Source of the DNA: Alphaproteobacteria bacterium
GTDB taxonomy: Bacteria > Pseudomonadota > Alphaproteobacteria > Bin95
Direction of reading: 5' to 3'
Assembly: GCA_964291285.2 (NCBI GenBank)
Contig: OZ219788.1
Location: forward strand, 288,001 to 352,000
DNA: 64,000 bases
Below are positions 54,261 through 64,000 of this stretch, in pieces. Position 1 is the stretch's first letter, and each line of letters starts with the position of its first letter. The translations under genes and the position numbers were made by a program. The notes below the pieces were generated by a model. That model made no database searches. It was not told the origin of the DNA and worked only from the letters and a program-made list of their open reading frames with translations.

Positions 54261-57200
54261 ATGGTGGCGACGGTCTTCAACCTGACCTCGGCTTCCTCGA
54301 CGGTGCACTATTTCCGGCGCGAGGGGCACGGGCTCGGGCCGAACCTGCCGGCGAACGACGACGAGGCGGGCGACTACTACGCGCGCAAGGATGACGAGCA
54401 CCGCAAGGCGAGCCGGTGGCGGGGCAGCGGGGCGGCGGCGCTGGGGCTGACGGGCCATGTCGAGCCGGTGGAGTTCCGGCGTGTGCTGCAGGGATACGTT
54501 CCCGGCACGGACATCCGGCTGGGGCGGCTGCGCGACGGCGAACACGAGCACCGCCCGGGTGTGGACATCACGTTTTCGGCGCCGAAGTCGGTGTCGCTCG
54601 AGGCGCTGCTCGGCGGTGCGGGTTCGGCCAGGGCGATGCGGGCGCACGATGCGGCGGTGCGGGCGACGCTGGACTACATCGAGACACGGCTCTTGCGAAC
54701 CCGGCGCTGGAGCCGCGAGGAGCGGCGCTCGGTGCAGGTGAATGCGCCCATGCTGGTGGCGGCGACCTTCCGGCATATCACGAGCCGCAACAACGACCCG
54801 CAGCTTCACACCCATTGCGTGGTCGCGAACATGACGCGCGACGGCGGGCAGTGGCGGAGTGCGGAGACCGGTCTGCTGCGCCGGTCGGAGAAGCTGGTCG
54901 GGGCCTTCTACCGCAACGAGCTGGCGCACCGTCTGCGCCGTGAGGGTTTCGCGCTGCGTCCGTCGATGATCGGGCGGGTTCCGGGGTTCGAGATCTCGGG
55001 CTGGCCGCGTGCGGTGCTGGAGGCGTTCTCGAGCCGGCGGCAACAGATACTGGCCTACATCCGGGAGAAGGGCTGGCGCTACGATGCGCACACCGCGCAG
55101 GCGGCGACGCTGGCGACGCGGGCGCGCAAGAACGAGCCGCGCCGGGCGGAGCTTGAGGCGCTGTGGCGGGCGTTTGCCGAGGAAAATGGCCTCGCCAGGC
55201 GGACGCTGCGGAAGATCGGGGTGCGGCATGCGGCGCCGCCGACGGCGCTGGAGATCGCCTGGCGGGCTCTTGAGCAGCTGGAGGAGCGGGCGAGCGTCTT
55301 CCCGGCGCGGGACGCGCTGGCGCTGGCGCTGGCGCTGGCGCATTCGCCCGGCCTCTACCGGCTTGAGGAGATCGAGGGGGCCTTTGCGGAGCTTCGACGG
55401 GACAAGCATTTGCTGCCGGCGATCCGGCGCGGGGCGGGCGAGGCCTGGACGACGGCGCGGGCGGTCAACGCCGAACGCGAGGTGCGCGAGCGCACGATCG
55501 CCAATATCGGTGCTGTCAGGGCGCTCTCCGAAGCTCCCGTCCCCGGAGAGGCGCTGGAGGGCCTGACCGGGGGCCAGCGCGAGGCGGTGCGGCTGATCCT
55601 GGAGAGCCGGGACCGGGCGGTCGGGGTGCAGGGCCATGCGGGCACCGGCAAGACGGTGATGCTGCGCCGGGCCGTGTCGTGCATGGGAGAAAGGCGGGTG
55701 CTGGGACTGGCGCCGTCGGCCTCGGCGGCGCGGACGCTGTCGCGCGAAACGGGCCTCGCCTGCCGGACGCTGCAATGGTTCCTGACGCGCTGCCAGGAGG
55801 TGTCCGACGGGGTGGCGGACGCAAGGACGCTCGCCGCGCTGAGAGAGCGCCATGGCGGCGCGGTGGTGGTGGTGGTGGACGAGATGTCGCTGGCGGGCAC
55901 GGCGCAGGCGCGCGCGCTGCTGCGGATTGCCGAGCGCCTCGACATTGCCCGGCTTGTGCTTGTGGGCGACAGCCGGCAGCTGCGGGGCGTGCAGGCGGGC
56001 CAGCCCTTCCGGCAGATGCAGCAGGCGGGCTTGGGCGTCGCGGAGATGGACGAGGTTCGCCGGCAGCAGGACCCGGACCTGCTGGCCGCCGTCCAGGACA
56101 TGATCGAGGGCGAGCCGGGCGCGGCGCTGGAGCGTCTCGGAGGCAACCTGCGGGAACTGCCGGCGGAGGAGATCGCGGGCATGGCGGCCGCGCTCTGGCT
56201 GCGGCTTTCGCCCGGGGCGCGGGCGGGTACGGCGTTGCTGGTTCCGACGCGCGCGCTCAGGGCCGAGGTCGAGGAGGCGGTGCGCGAAGGCCTCGAAGCC
56301 GAGGGCGCCCTGCACGGGTCCTCCATCGGGATCGAGACGCTCGTGCCCCTCAACCTCACGCGCGCGGAGACGGGGTCGTGCGGCTGATACCGAGCTTCTC
56401 CCACGGCCCCTCAACCTCACGCGCGCGGAGACGGGCGACGTGCGCAACTGGCGCGAGGGCGACATCGCGCTCTTCAACCGCGAGCGGAAGAACTACCGCA
56501 TCCGCAAGGACGACGCCTGCACGGTGATGGAGGTGGAGGAGGACCGGGTGATCCTCGCCCATCCCGATGGCCGGCCGCGCCACCTGAAGCCCGGCGGCGA
56601 CCTGCGCTACCGGCTGGACCTGTTCGAGGCGAAGACGCTGCGGATCAGGGAGGGCGAGCAACTGCGCTGGACGCGCAACGACAGGGAGCGCGGCCTCGTC
56701 AACGGCGACCGTGTGGAGGTGGCCGCCATGGGAACCGGAGCGCTCCGCATGCGCCTCTCCGACGGGCGGGAGATGCGATTCGCGCGCGACGACCCGCAGC
56801 TTCGTCATCTTGCATACGCCTATGCGTCCACCGTGCATGCGGCGCAGGGGCAGACGCACGACCGTGTGGTCGCGGTGCTGGACACAGGCGCGGGGCCGCT
56901 GGTGAACCAGCAGACGCTCTACGTGCAGCTCAGCCGCGCGCGGGAAGAGGCGCTGGTGCTGACCGACAACCGCGAGCAGCTTGTGGAGACGCTGGAGGCG
57001 AACACGGGCGAGCGGCTGACGGCGCTGGAAGCCATCGGCGAGACGGAGACGATGAAGGCGCCGGCGAAGCGGACGGTCTCCGGGGAGGCGGCGTCTGCGT
57101 TCCTTGACGGCCTGCGCGCGGAGCGGGAGCGCCGCGCCGAAGCGGAGGCGGCCTTGCGCCGGCTGGCGGAGGCCGAAGCAGCGCTTGCCGCAGCCCGCGC

Positions 57201-58569
57201 CCATGCGCAGGAAGCCGGATACACCTTCGCCGCCCTGCCGGCGGTCGATCCGGACGACGGACAGACCCTTCAGGACCGTCTCGCGGCGGCCAAAATTGTG
57301 CAGGAAGCGGCGCATGATGTCTCGGCTGCCGCCCATGCGGTGCTGGAGGCGGCGAAGGCGGCGGACCGCGTCCCGCCGCTCGACGATGCCGCGATGGAGG
57401 CGGCGAAGACCGGCGAAACCGAGGCAGCGGCGCGCCTTGTGGCATACCGGTCGCTGGAGACGGCCTTGACGGCGGCGAACAGGGCGTCCGGACGGCTGGC
57501 GCCCGCAGGCGCGCTCCGCGACAAGGATATCGACGGGGCTTCGATGCAGCGCCATGGCGCCGCCGCCCGGGAGGCGGCCGCCGCCTTCGACGCCCTCGCG
57601 CAAAAGGCGCGGGCAGCGGGCGAGGCGGCGCTGGCCCGGCGCGCGCGGGAGAGGGCTTCGGACCTCGGGCTGGCGGCGCTGCACTGGAGCTACAGGCTGG
57701 CGGGCCACCGGTTCGCGGTGGCGCGGCTGGCCGAGCGGGACATGGCGCCGCCGCACACGGTCGGGGACGTGCGGCGCTGGCAGGACCTGCGCCAGCGCCA
57801 GGCGGACGCGCGGACCGGGGCGGCAGCCGCGGCCGAGGCGGTCGCGCCGGAGAGCGCGGACGCGGCGGCCCGGTGGCGTGAACAGGCGGCGGACTACCGC
57901 AAGCAGGCCGGCGCGATACGCGGCTCGCTGGCGGAACTGGAGGGGCTGAAGACGCTGGTGCGGACCGCGGAAGCCGCGTCGGACGACGCGGCGGCATGGA
58001 GCGCGGCGGCGGGCGCGGCGGAGACGATCCGGAAAGGCTCCGGCCGGGGTCTGGAGGACGAGGCCGCGCGCGTGCGTGACGAGGAGGCGCGCCGCCGACA
58101 GGAAGGGCGCGAGGCGGCGCGGGCACGTTTCGAGACCCTGAGCTCGGAATGGGACGCGTTCGAGAGGAAGGTCAGGGCCGGGGGGCGGGTCGGCTTTGCG
58201 GACAAGCGCAGCCGGCAATATGTCGACCGCGCGCGGCGGCTGGAGGCGGACCCCGATCTCGATGCGGAAGCGAAGGAGACGCTCGCGGCGTTCCTGCACG
58301 AGCACGATGTCGTGCGCCCGAAGGTCGTCCGGCGCTGCCGGGAGCTGTTCGCGCAGTGGAACGCGGTCCGCGCAACGGCAAGGGCCCGCGGCGTCGGCCG
58401 GTTCATCCCTCCGGAGAGCGCGGAGGTCGTTGCGGGGATGCGCAAGCTCGCCGCCGGGAGCCCGGAGCACCTGACGCGCAGACAGAAGGAGACATTCGAG
58501 ACGATCACCGAGGAATACGCCCTCCATGTCGAGCGGCAGCGGACATGGGTGATGACCATGAGGCCGTGA
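54261..58569 (+). pseudogene. mobF: MobF relaxase-helicase frameshifted by a 61-bp insertion (1415 aa if restored)
   Basis: GDYY, DITFSAPKSVS, HITSRNNDPQLHTH, GHAGTGKT, HAAQGQT; deleting 61 bp restores LNLTRAETGDVRNW, matching the 19225-24405 paralog. Confidence 0.92.
56346..56435 (-). CRISPR. Single repeat-spacer-repeat unit: putative ectopic (neo-)CRISPR of type I-E geometry
   Basis: Exact 29-bp repeats at 56346-56374 and 56407-56435 around a 32-bp spacer; the repeat matches the E. coli I-E repeat at 15/29 positions without gaps; no cas genes in the window. Confidence 0.65.
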
Positions 58570-58920
58570 GCGAGCGGGCCGGACCCCGGCGGCGGGCGCT
58601 GTTGTCCTCATCGGTCGGACAGCAGGGCGACGGGACGACTGCAACCATGGCCGAAGACCCTGGCAGAAGACGGGGAACGCGTCAGCTTCCGGGAACGCCG
58701 CCTGCCCGCGACGCGAGAGCCGCATGTCCGGCGCTGCAACGGCCATGCAATTCAGGCCCGGAAGCCACATGATCCACCATGCAATCCGGCAATATGTGAC
58801 ACAGTGAATATTGTATAGCCATTCCCGATTCAACAATGAAAACAGAATGTTGATGCCATGACTGAACTATATAATATATCCACAACATCCGTAATGAAGG
58901 CCATATGACCTCCTGTCCGG

Positions 58921-59466
58921 TCATCCTGCGCCGCCCGCTTTCCCGCCACCGGCCCGCATCGCCGCCCGGCGGGCGATGTCGGCAGCGCGCTCCGGGCCGG
59001 TGACCGGCGCCAGCAACGCTTCCATCCCGTCCCTTCGGCCCTCGCGCGCCATTTCGTCGAGGCGCGCCTCGAACAGCAGCGCGACGGTCTCGCGAAGCCC
59101 GGCGGGCGCATCGCCGGAAAGGCCCGACAGCACCGCCGCCGCGCCTCGCACGGCCTTCCTTCCGCTGCCGGAACCGAAGCTCGCTGGCAAGGAATGCGAG
59201 CGCCTCGGCCATCGTCACCCCGCTGCCGGGCAGGGGGCCGGCAAGCCCGTCGCCGAGGGACGCAAGCTGGACCGCGCTGTCGTGCAGGGCGGCTGCTCGT
59301 CGCCCGTCAGCGCCATCCGGCAGTCCTCGCCCAGCACCTCCCTCAGGATGAAGGACGAGGTCTTCATCCCCGCTTCCTCCGCCAGCACCCGGATCGCCCA
59401 CCAGTCCGACTGCGGGCAGGTGATGCAATACTGCCGTGCGCCGCTTACGTCAGCCCTCCCGCCCAT
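58921..59466 (-). pseudogene. Decayed RHH genes 2 and 3 of element 2
   Basis: RQYCITCPQSDW..GMKTSSFI, frameshift, LPGSGVTMAEALAF (cf. 18048-18377); LRETVALLF..MAREGR (cf. C-terminus of 18374-18823). Confidence 0.6.
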
Positions 59467-59770
59467 CGTCGGCCACAGACGCCTCGGCTTCCTCCACCAG
59501 CCGCCGCCAGACACCGCCCCGGCCCTCGTCCTCGAAGCGCATGCGCTCCGCCAGAACGAGAAGGCGCAGGTCCACCAGCGCGCGGCGCCTCACCGCCAGG
59601 GAGAAGTCTTCCGCGATCTCCGCCGCCAGCTCCTCAGGCGCGAGCCCGCGCGAGATCAGGAAGTCCGAGGCCGACATGTCCGCCCTGCCGGCGCGGCTGC
59701 GGACCAGGCGCCAGTCGCTGTCGGTCGCCATCACCGAGCGCGGTCTCTTCCTGCCGTCATCCGCCGCCAT
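59450..59770 (-). CDS. Ribbon-helix-helix protein 1 of element 2
   Basis: SVMATDSDWRLVRSRAGRADMSASDFL and RRALVDLRLLVLAE, homologous to 17657-18040. Confidence 0.65.
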   Translation of the reverse strand: MAADDGRKRPRSVMATDSDWRLVRSRAGRADMSASDFLISRGLAPEELAAEIAEDFSLAVRRRALVDLRLLVLAERMRFEDEGRGGVWRRLVEEAEASVADDGREG

Positions 59771-60783
59771 CACACCTCTCCGGCCCCGGGACACAGGCAT
59801 GACCCGTGCCTTTTTACCGTGAACCACAGGAACGATACATCAATGTTGTATCCATGTTCATACGGTATGACCTTCTCCTGTCCATTCCTTGCCTTGCTTT
59901 CAGACAGGCACAGGCTCAAGTCCCTACAAAATTCCCAATCCGTTACCGAAGTGCCTCACTCTTCCAAATCTCCTACAAGAATGATCATGACACAAGGTGC
60001 TTGCATCTACCTCCATGATCTCCTATCATGAGCCACCTTGCGAGGAAGTCAGTGCTTCGGTCAACAGGGTGTTCCTATAGCCAAGAATTCGACTATCTTT
60101 GGCACACCGCGCGCTCCACCGCGAACCCGAAGCCGCGACCGTCCAGAAGCTCCTTCACGACAGCGCCCACGCCCAGCCGATCCCACAGCCGACCGAACAG
60201 CAGCGGACCGCCGACCCGCACGCAGGCCAGCGCGCCCGCCTCCATGTCCTCCAGCACCACGGACCGCTCCGAATGGCGCGCCAGGGACGCGATCAGACGG
60301 TCCAGCTCCCCGCTCGCCTGCAACACGTCCTTGCGGCCGAGCGCGCGGATCGTGCGCTGGCGCACCCGCTTGCCCTCGCGCACGCTCTCCACGAGGTAGA
60401 GATAGCGGTGGCCCCGGGCGGTCGTTTGGCGCACGAACATGACCGCGTTGTATGTCTTCGATATCGACCAATCAAGAAAACAAGGCCAAATCAGCAAAAA
60501 TGTTTCACTACATTTTTCTCAACCCGCGCCAATCATCACCCCACTATCCAATCATTTCAACAACTTGGCGAAACCGCGCCCGGCAAAAATCGACACCGAC
60601 TGTTCAAGTTGGGTCAAGATCACGCTGGAGAGAATCGCCGCCGGCCATCCAAACAGCCGCATCGACGAACTCCTGCCCTGGAGCTTCAAGCCCCCGTCAA
60701 GCTGAAAGCCGGGTGCCGCCGCCGCACCGCTTACCTTGGCGCGGGCAGAAGAGCTCTCCGGAGTGGAAGAACCGGACCACTAA

Positions 60784-61950
60784 TACCAGCGGGCATAGTT
60801 CAGAACCCATTGGCCCATTTTCGGGTTCCGATGGAGGCGATGCGTTCTGGTTGTGAGACGAGATTGTTCCAGGCCTGGCAGCAGTGATCGAGTATGTCGT
60901 CGTAGTTCTGGAAGACGCGGTTCGAGAGCCAATTTTCGCGCATGAACTGCCAGACATTCTCGACGGGATTGAGCTCGGGGGACCGGGGCGGGAGCGGCAT
61001 CAGGGTTATGTTGTCGGGGACTTTGAGGGCCGGGGATGTGTGCCATCCGGCCCGGTCGAGCATGACGAGGGCATGGGCTCCGGGTTCAACGGTGAGGGCG
61101 ACCTCGGCGAGGTGGGCGTTGAGTGCCTCCGTGTTGGCGTGGGGCATGACGAGGCCGGCGGCCTTGCCCTTCTGCGGGCATATGGCGCCGAAGATGTAGG
61201 CCGAGATGGTTCTCTGGTCCTTGGGCGCTGACGGTCGGGTGCCGCGTTTAGCCCATCGCCGGGTGATCTTGTTCTTCTGCCCGACGCGCGCCTCGTCCTG
61301 CCACCAGACTTCGACCTCGACGCCGTCGCCGAGTGCAGCGCGGATCTCCTTCAGGCGGTCGGGGAAGTTTTTTTGAACCCTGCCAGCGCGGCTTCGTCCT
61401 GGGCATAGTGGCGCGGGCGCGCAGAGAGCTTGGCGTAGCCCATCCGGCGCAACTCCCGCCCGACCGTCGTCTCCGCCAACGAGATGCCGAACTGCTCGCT
61501 GAGCCATGCCGCCAGGTCGCAGCGCCGCCACCGCACCACGCCGTGGATCGCCGGGTCCGGACCGCTCTCCACAACCGCCGCCAGCGCCGCGCGCTGCTCC
61601 CCGTTCAACTTGCGCGGCGGACCTGAGGCCTTGCGATCCTTCAATCCCTCCGGGCCTTCCGCGTTGAAGCGAAGAACCCAGTCCCGGATGATCTGCAAGC
61701 CCACCCCCGCAAAACGCGCCGCATCCGAACGACGGTAACCGTCGTAAATCACCGCAAGCGCAAGAAGGCGACGGTTCTGCGAACCATCCCGGCTCCGCTG
61801 CGCCAAGCCGCGCAACTGCGCCGCATCAAAATCCTCCCTCAAGGGGATTGCTGCCCTCATAACGACCCTCCAATCGCAGAATCGCTATTGAGTCAGAACT
61901 CGATAACCTTGGGAATCCCCTCAATGAGTCTCAACCCTCAACCGCTGGTA
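60784..61950 (-). mobile_element. IS630-family element, copy 2, intact (1167 bp)
   Basis: TA(A) flanks; orfA 61351-61860 and the DDE frame ending at 60800 joined at an A7 slippery run (61368-61374). Confidence 0.93.
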
Positions 61951-62041
61951 TAAGGTCTAACCCGGCTACTTGCCGGGATGAATCAAGGCACTTTTCTTCC
62001 ATAATCTGCCATGCCATGCTGCCCGGCAGGGAGGACATGCC

Positions 62042-62194
62042 ATGACCGAGACACGCAAACGAGGACGCCCGGTAGAGAAGCCGGAGCCGGACCCCATACC
62101 CGACAGCCCGGAGAATGTGCTGCGCGCGCTTGTGACTGCGCCGCCGCGCGCGGAGGACGATTGGGACTATCTCAAGCGGGTGCCCCGGCCGTGA
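62042..62194 (+). CDS. 50-aa protein of the kind found in IS1595-like elements
   Basis: GGAGG RBS; MTETRKRGRP..PDPIPDSPENVLRAL..DWDYL; IS1595-like end TATATAATCCC at 62370-62380. Confidence 0.5.
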   Translation: MTETRKRGRPVEKPEPDPIPDSPENVLRALVTAPPRAEDDWDYLKRVPRP

Positions 62195-62380
62195 GTCTGG
62201 AGTATCGCGAATATGTCGAATGGTGGTGTAGGTCGTTCCTTGACGTGTCTCATGAATCTGGAAGCATGCCGGCTAACTGGACGGACATAATTGCAGCGTG
62301 CATTGAGTTGGCTGCAAAGTGCGAGGCTCTGCCACCGATTCCTCCAGGATAGGTGCCTTGGCACTTTCGTATATAATCCC

Positions 62381-62917
62381 CAGGGAAAAGGCCATTGCCG
62401 CCATCGCCGAAGCCAAAGCCGACCGCGAGACCGGGCCGCTGTTCGCCGACTTCGCGGCCGACTTCATGCGCCGCCAGGGGCGGCGCTGGAAACCCTCCAC
62501 GAGGAAGGCCAACGCCCATCTGATCGAGCGCCGCCTCGCGCCCTTCTTCGGCGCGATGCCCGTCGCGAAGATCGACCGCGCCGATGTGCGGCGCTGGTTC
62601 GATTCCCTCAGCGGAACCCCCGGCAGCGCCAACCGGACCCTGCCGGTGCTCTCGGTGATGATGCGCCAGGCGGAGCTATGGGACCTTCGCCCGCAGGGCT
62701 CCAACCCCTGCCGCAACATGCGGCGCTACAGGACGGCGCCGCGCGAGCGGTTCCTGTCCCTGGACGAGTTGAAGCGCCTCGGCTTCGTCCTCGACCATGC
62801 GGAGGACCGGCAGGCCGCCGCCGCCATCCGCCTGCTGCTGTTCACCGGCGCCCGGTCGTCCGAGATCGCCGGCCTGCAATGGGACTGGATACGGGACACC
62901 CGCGCGGTGTTGCCGGA
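62381..62917 (+). pseudogene. Internal fragment of a third tyrosine recombinase (A-type)
   Basis: ANRTLPVLSVMMRQAELW..GSNPC, RERFLS, LLLFTGAR; cut 5' by the IS1595-like end and 3' by IS21. Confidence 0.85.
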
Positions 62918-63107
62918 TGTCAATCGGCGTTCAAAGTTGACCCCGGATCGGCGCGGAAGATTGACCCCTCTGTAGGTTGTCCCGGTAGTCAACAGGAGGG
63001 CCCCGCGCGGCTCCGCGTAGCGCCCTGCGATACGTGGAGCGGAGCCGCGCGGGAGGTGCCTGTTGACCCACCGGGGCAACCGGGCCGCCGGCCTGGGCGT
63101 CGCCGGG

Positions 63108-63836
63108 TCACGATCGATGTTTGAAGCGCCAGCTCTCGTTGCCGGTTTCGACAATGTCGCAATGATGGGTCAGGCGGTCGAGGAGCGCGGTGGTCATCTT
63201 GGGATCGCCGAACACGGAGGGCCATTCGCCGAAGGCGAGGTTTGTGGTGATGATGATCGAGGTGCGCTCGTAGAGCCGGCTCATCAGGTGGAAGAGCAGC
63301 TGTCCTCCGGCCTGGGCGAAGGGGAGGTATCCGAGTTCGTCGAGGACGACGAAGTCGCGCCGGGCGAGCTGCTGGGCGGTACGACCCTGGCGCCCGGCGC
63401 GATGCTCGGCCTCAAGCAGATTGACCAGGTCGACGGTGTTGTAGCAGCGCCCGCGGCAGCCCTGCCGGATGCAGGCGCGCACGATGGCGACGGCAAGATG
63501 CGTTTTGCCGCTGCCGGTTCCGCCGACCAGGACGAGATTGCGCTTTCCTTCCAGGAAGGCGCCGGTGACCAGTTCCTGGATCAGGGCCTCGTTGACCGGG
63601 GAGGCCGCGAAGTCGAAGTCGGCCAGTTCCTTGGCCATCGGCAGCCTGGCGCTTGCCATCTGGTATTTGATCGAGCGCGCCGTCTTGTCGGCGATCTCGG
63701 CCTGCAGCAGCGCGGCGATGATCTTCGGCGCCGGGTGGCGGCGCTTGATGGCGTCGGCGAGGATATCGTCCCAGGCGGCGCGCATGCCCGACAGCTTGAG
63801 GGCGGTCATCATCGCCAACACGTCATGACGCTCCAT
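63108..63836 (-). CDS. istB: IS21 helper ATPase
   Basis: [33 protein letters not shown]. Confidence 0.93.
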   Translation of the reverse strand: MERHDVLAMMTALKLSGMRAAWDDILADAIKRRHPAPKIIAALLQAEIADKTARSIKYQMASARLPMAKELADFDFAASPVNEALIQELVTGAFLEGKRNLVLVGGTGSGKTHLAVAIVRACIRQGCRGRCYNTVDLVNLLEAEHRAGRQGRTAQQLARRDFVVLDELGYLPFAQAGGQLLFHLMSRLYERTSIIITTNLAFGEWPSVFGDPKMTTALLDRLTHHCDIVETGNESWRFKHRS

Positions 63837-64000
63837 GGCCGGCCTCCCTCAGACGGTCGTAGCGGTGGCAGTCGGCCACTGGCTGATGGCGAAGCTGCAA
63901 GCCCTCGGGCGTCGGGATGGGCGGAACCGGCGCCGGCTGGCGATGCCGGGCGAGGATGTTGAGCACGACGTCGGCGCTGCAGGCGCCATTGGCGAGCGCC
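63823..64000 (-). CDS. istA: IS21 transposase C-terminus, partial
   Basis: [23 protein letters not shown] overlapping the istB start. Confidence 0.8.
   Translation of the reverse strand, partial: ALANGACSADVVLNILARHRQPAPVPPIPTPEGLQLRHQPVADCHRYDRLREAGHGAS

Larger units (their letters stand above)
62918..64000 (-). mobile_element. Second IS21-family element, partial
   Basis: TGTCAATCGGCGTTCAAAGTTGACCCC end with an internal repeat; istB plus the istA 3' end. Confidence 0.9.

Noticed and set aside
56378-56406. GTGCG in the 32-bp insert as a group II intron 5' end
   Set aside because: It is not at the insert boundary, and retrohoming does not make a 29-bp target duplication

Overview
GC-rich, probably alphaproteobacterial DNA (inference from gene content). 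The first ~7 kb are chromosomal: the 3' end of a group II intron sitting antisense in the start of a probable ABC-transporter gene, a glycosyltransferase/phosphatase/deacetylase operon and nsrR. The rest is a nest of mobile DNA: IS1634 (two types, four copies), IS630 x2, an ISAs1 with a DUF4338-like N-terminus, IS5, IS21 x2, IS66 and IS1595-like remnants. It also holds a broken LbtU-like porin gene and an RTX protein behind a poly-G promoter. There are at least two related relaxase-bearing integrative mobilisable elements (MobF relaxase plus three RHH genes). One is complete (38279-60114, 11-bp direct repeat, two tandem tyrosine recombinases) and lies inside an IS1634 that lies inside an IS66. 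Its cargo is defensive: a type I RM system whose HsdS is fused to an MNT antitoxin next to a HEPN gene, a DUF4365-like nuclease pair and a Dsr1-like sirtuin. The most striking feature is a 61-bp insertion in that element's relaxase: a 29-bp duplication that resembles a type I-E CRISPR repeat, flanking a 32-bp foreign sequence that reads like a plasmid replicase motif. This looks like a natural off-target Cas1-Cas2 integration (neo-CRISPR). All family assignments come from motif recognition by eye, not database searches.
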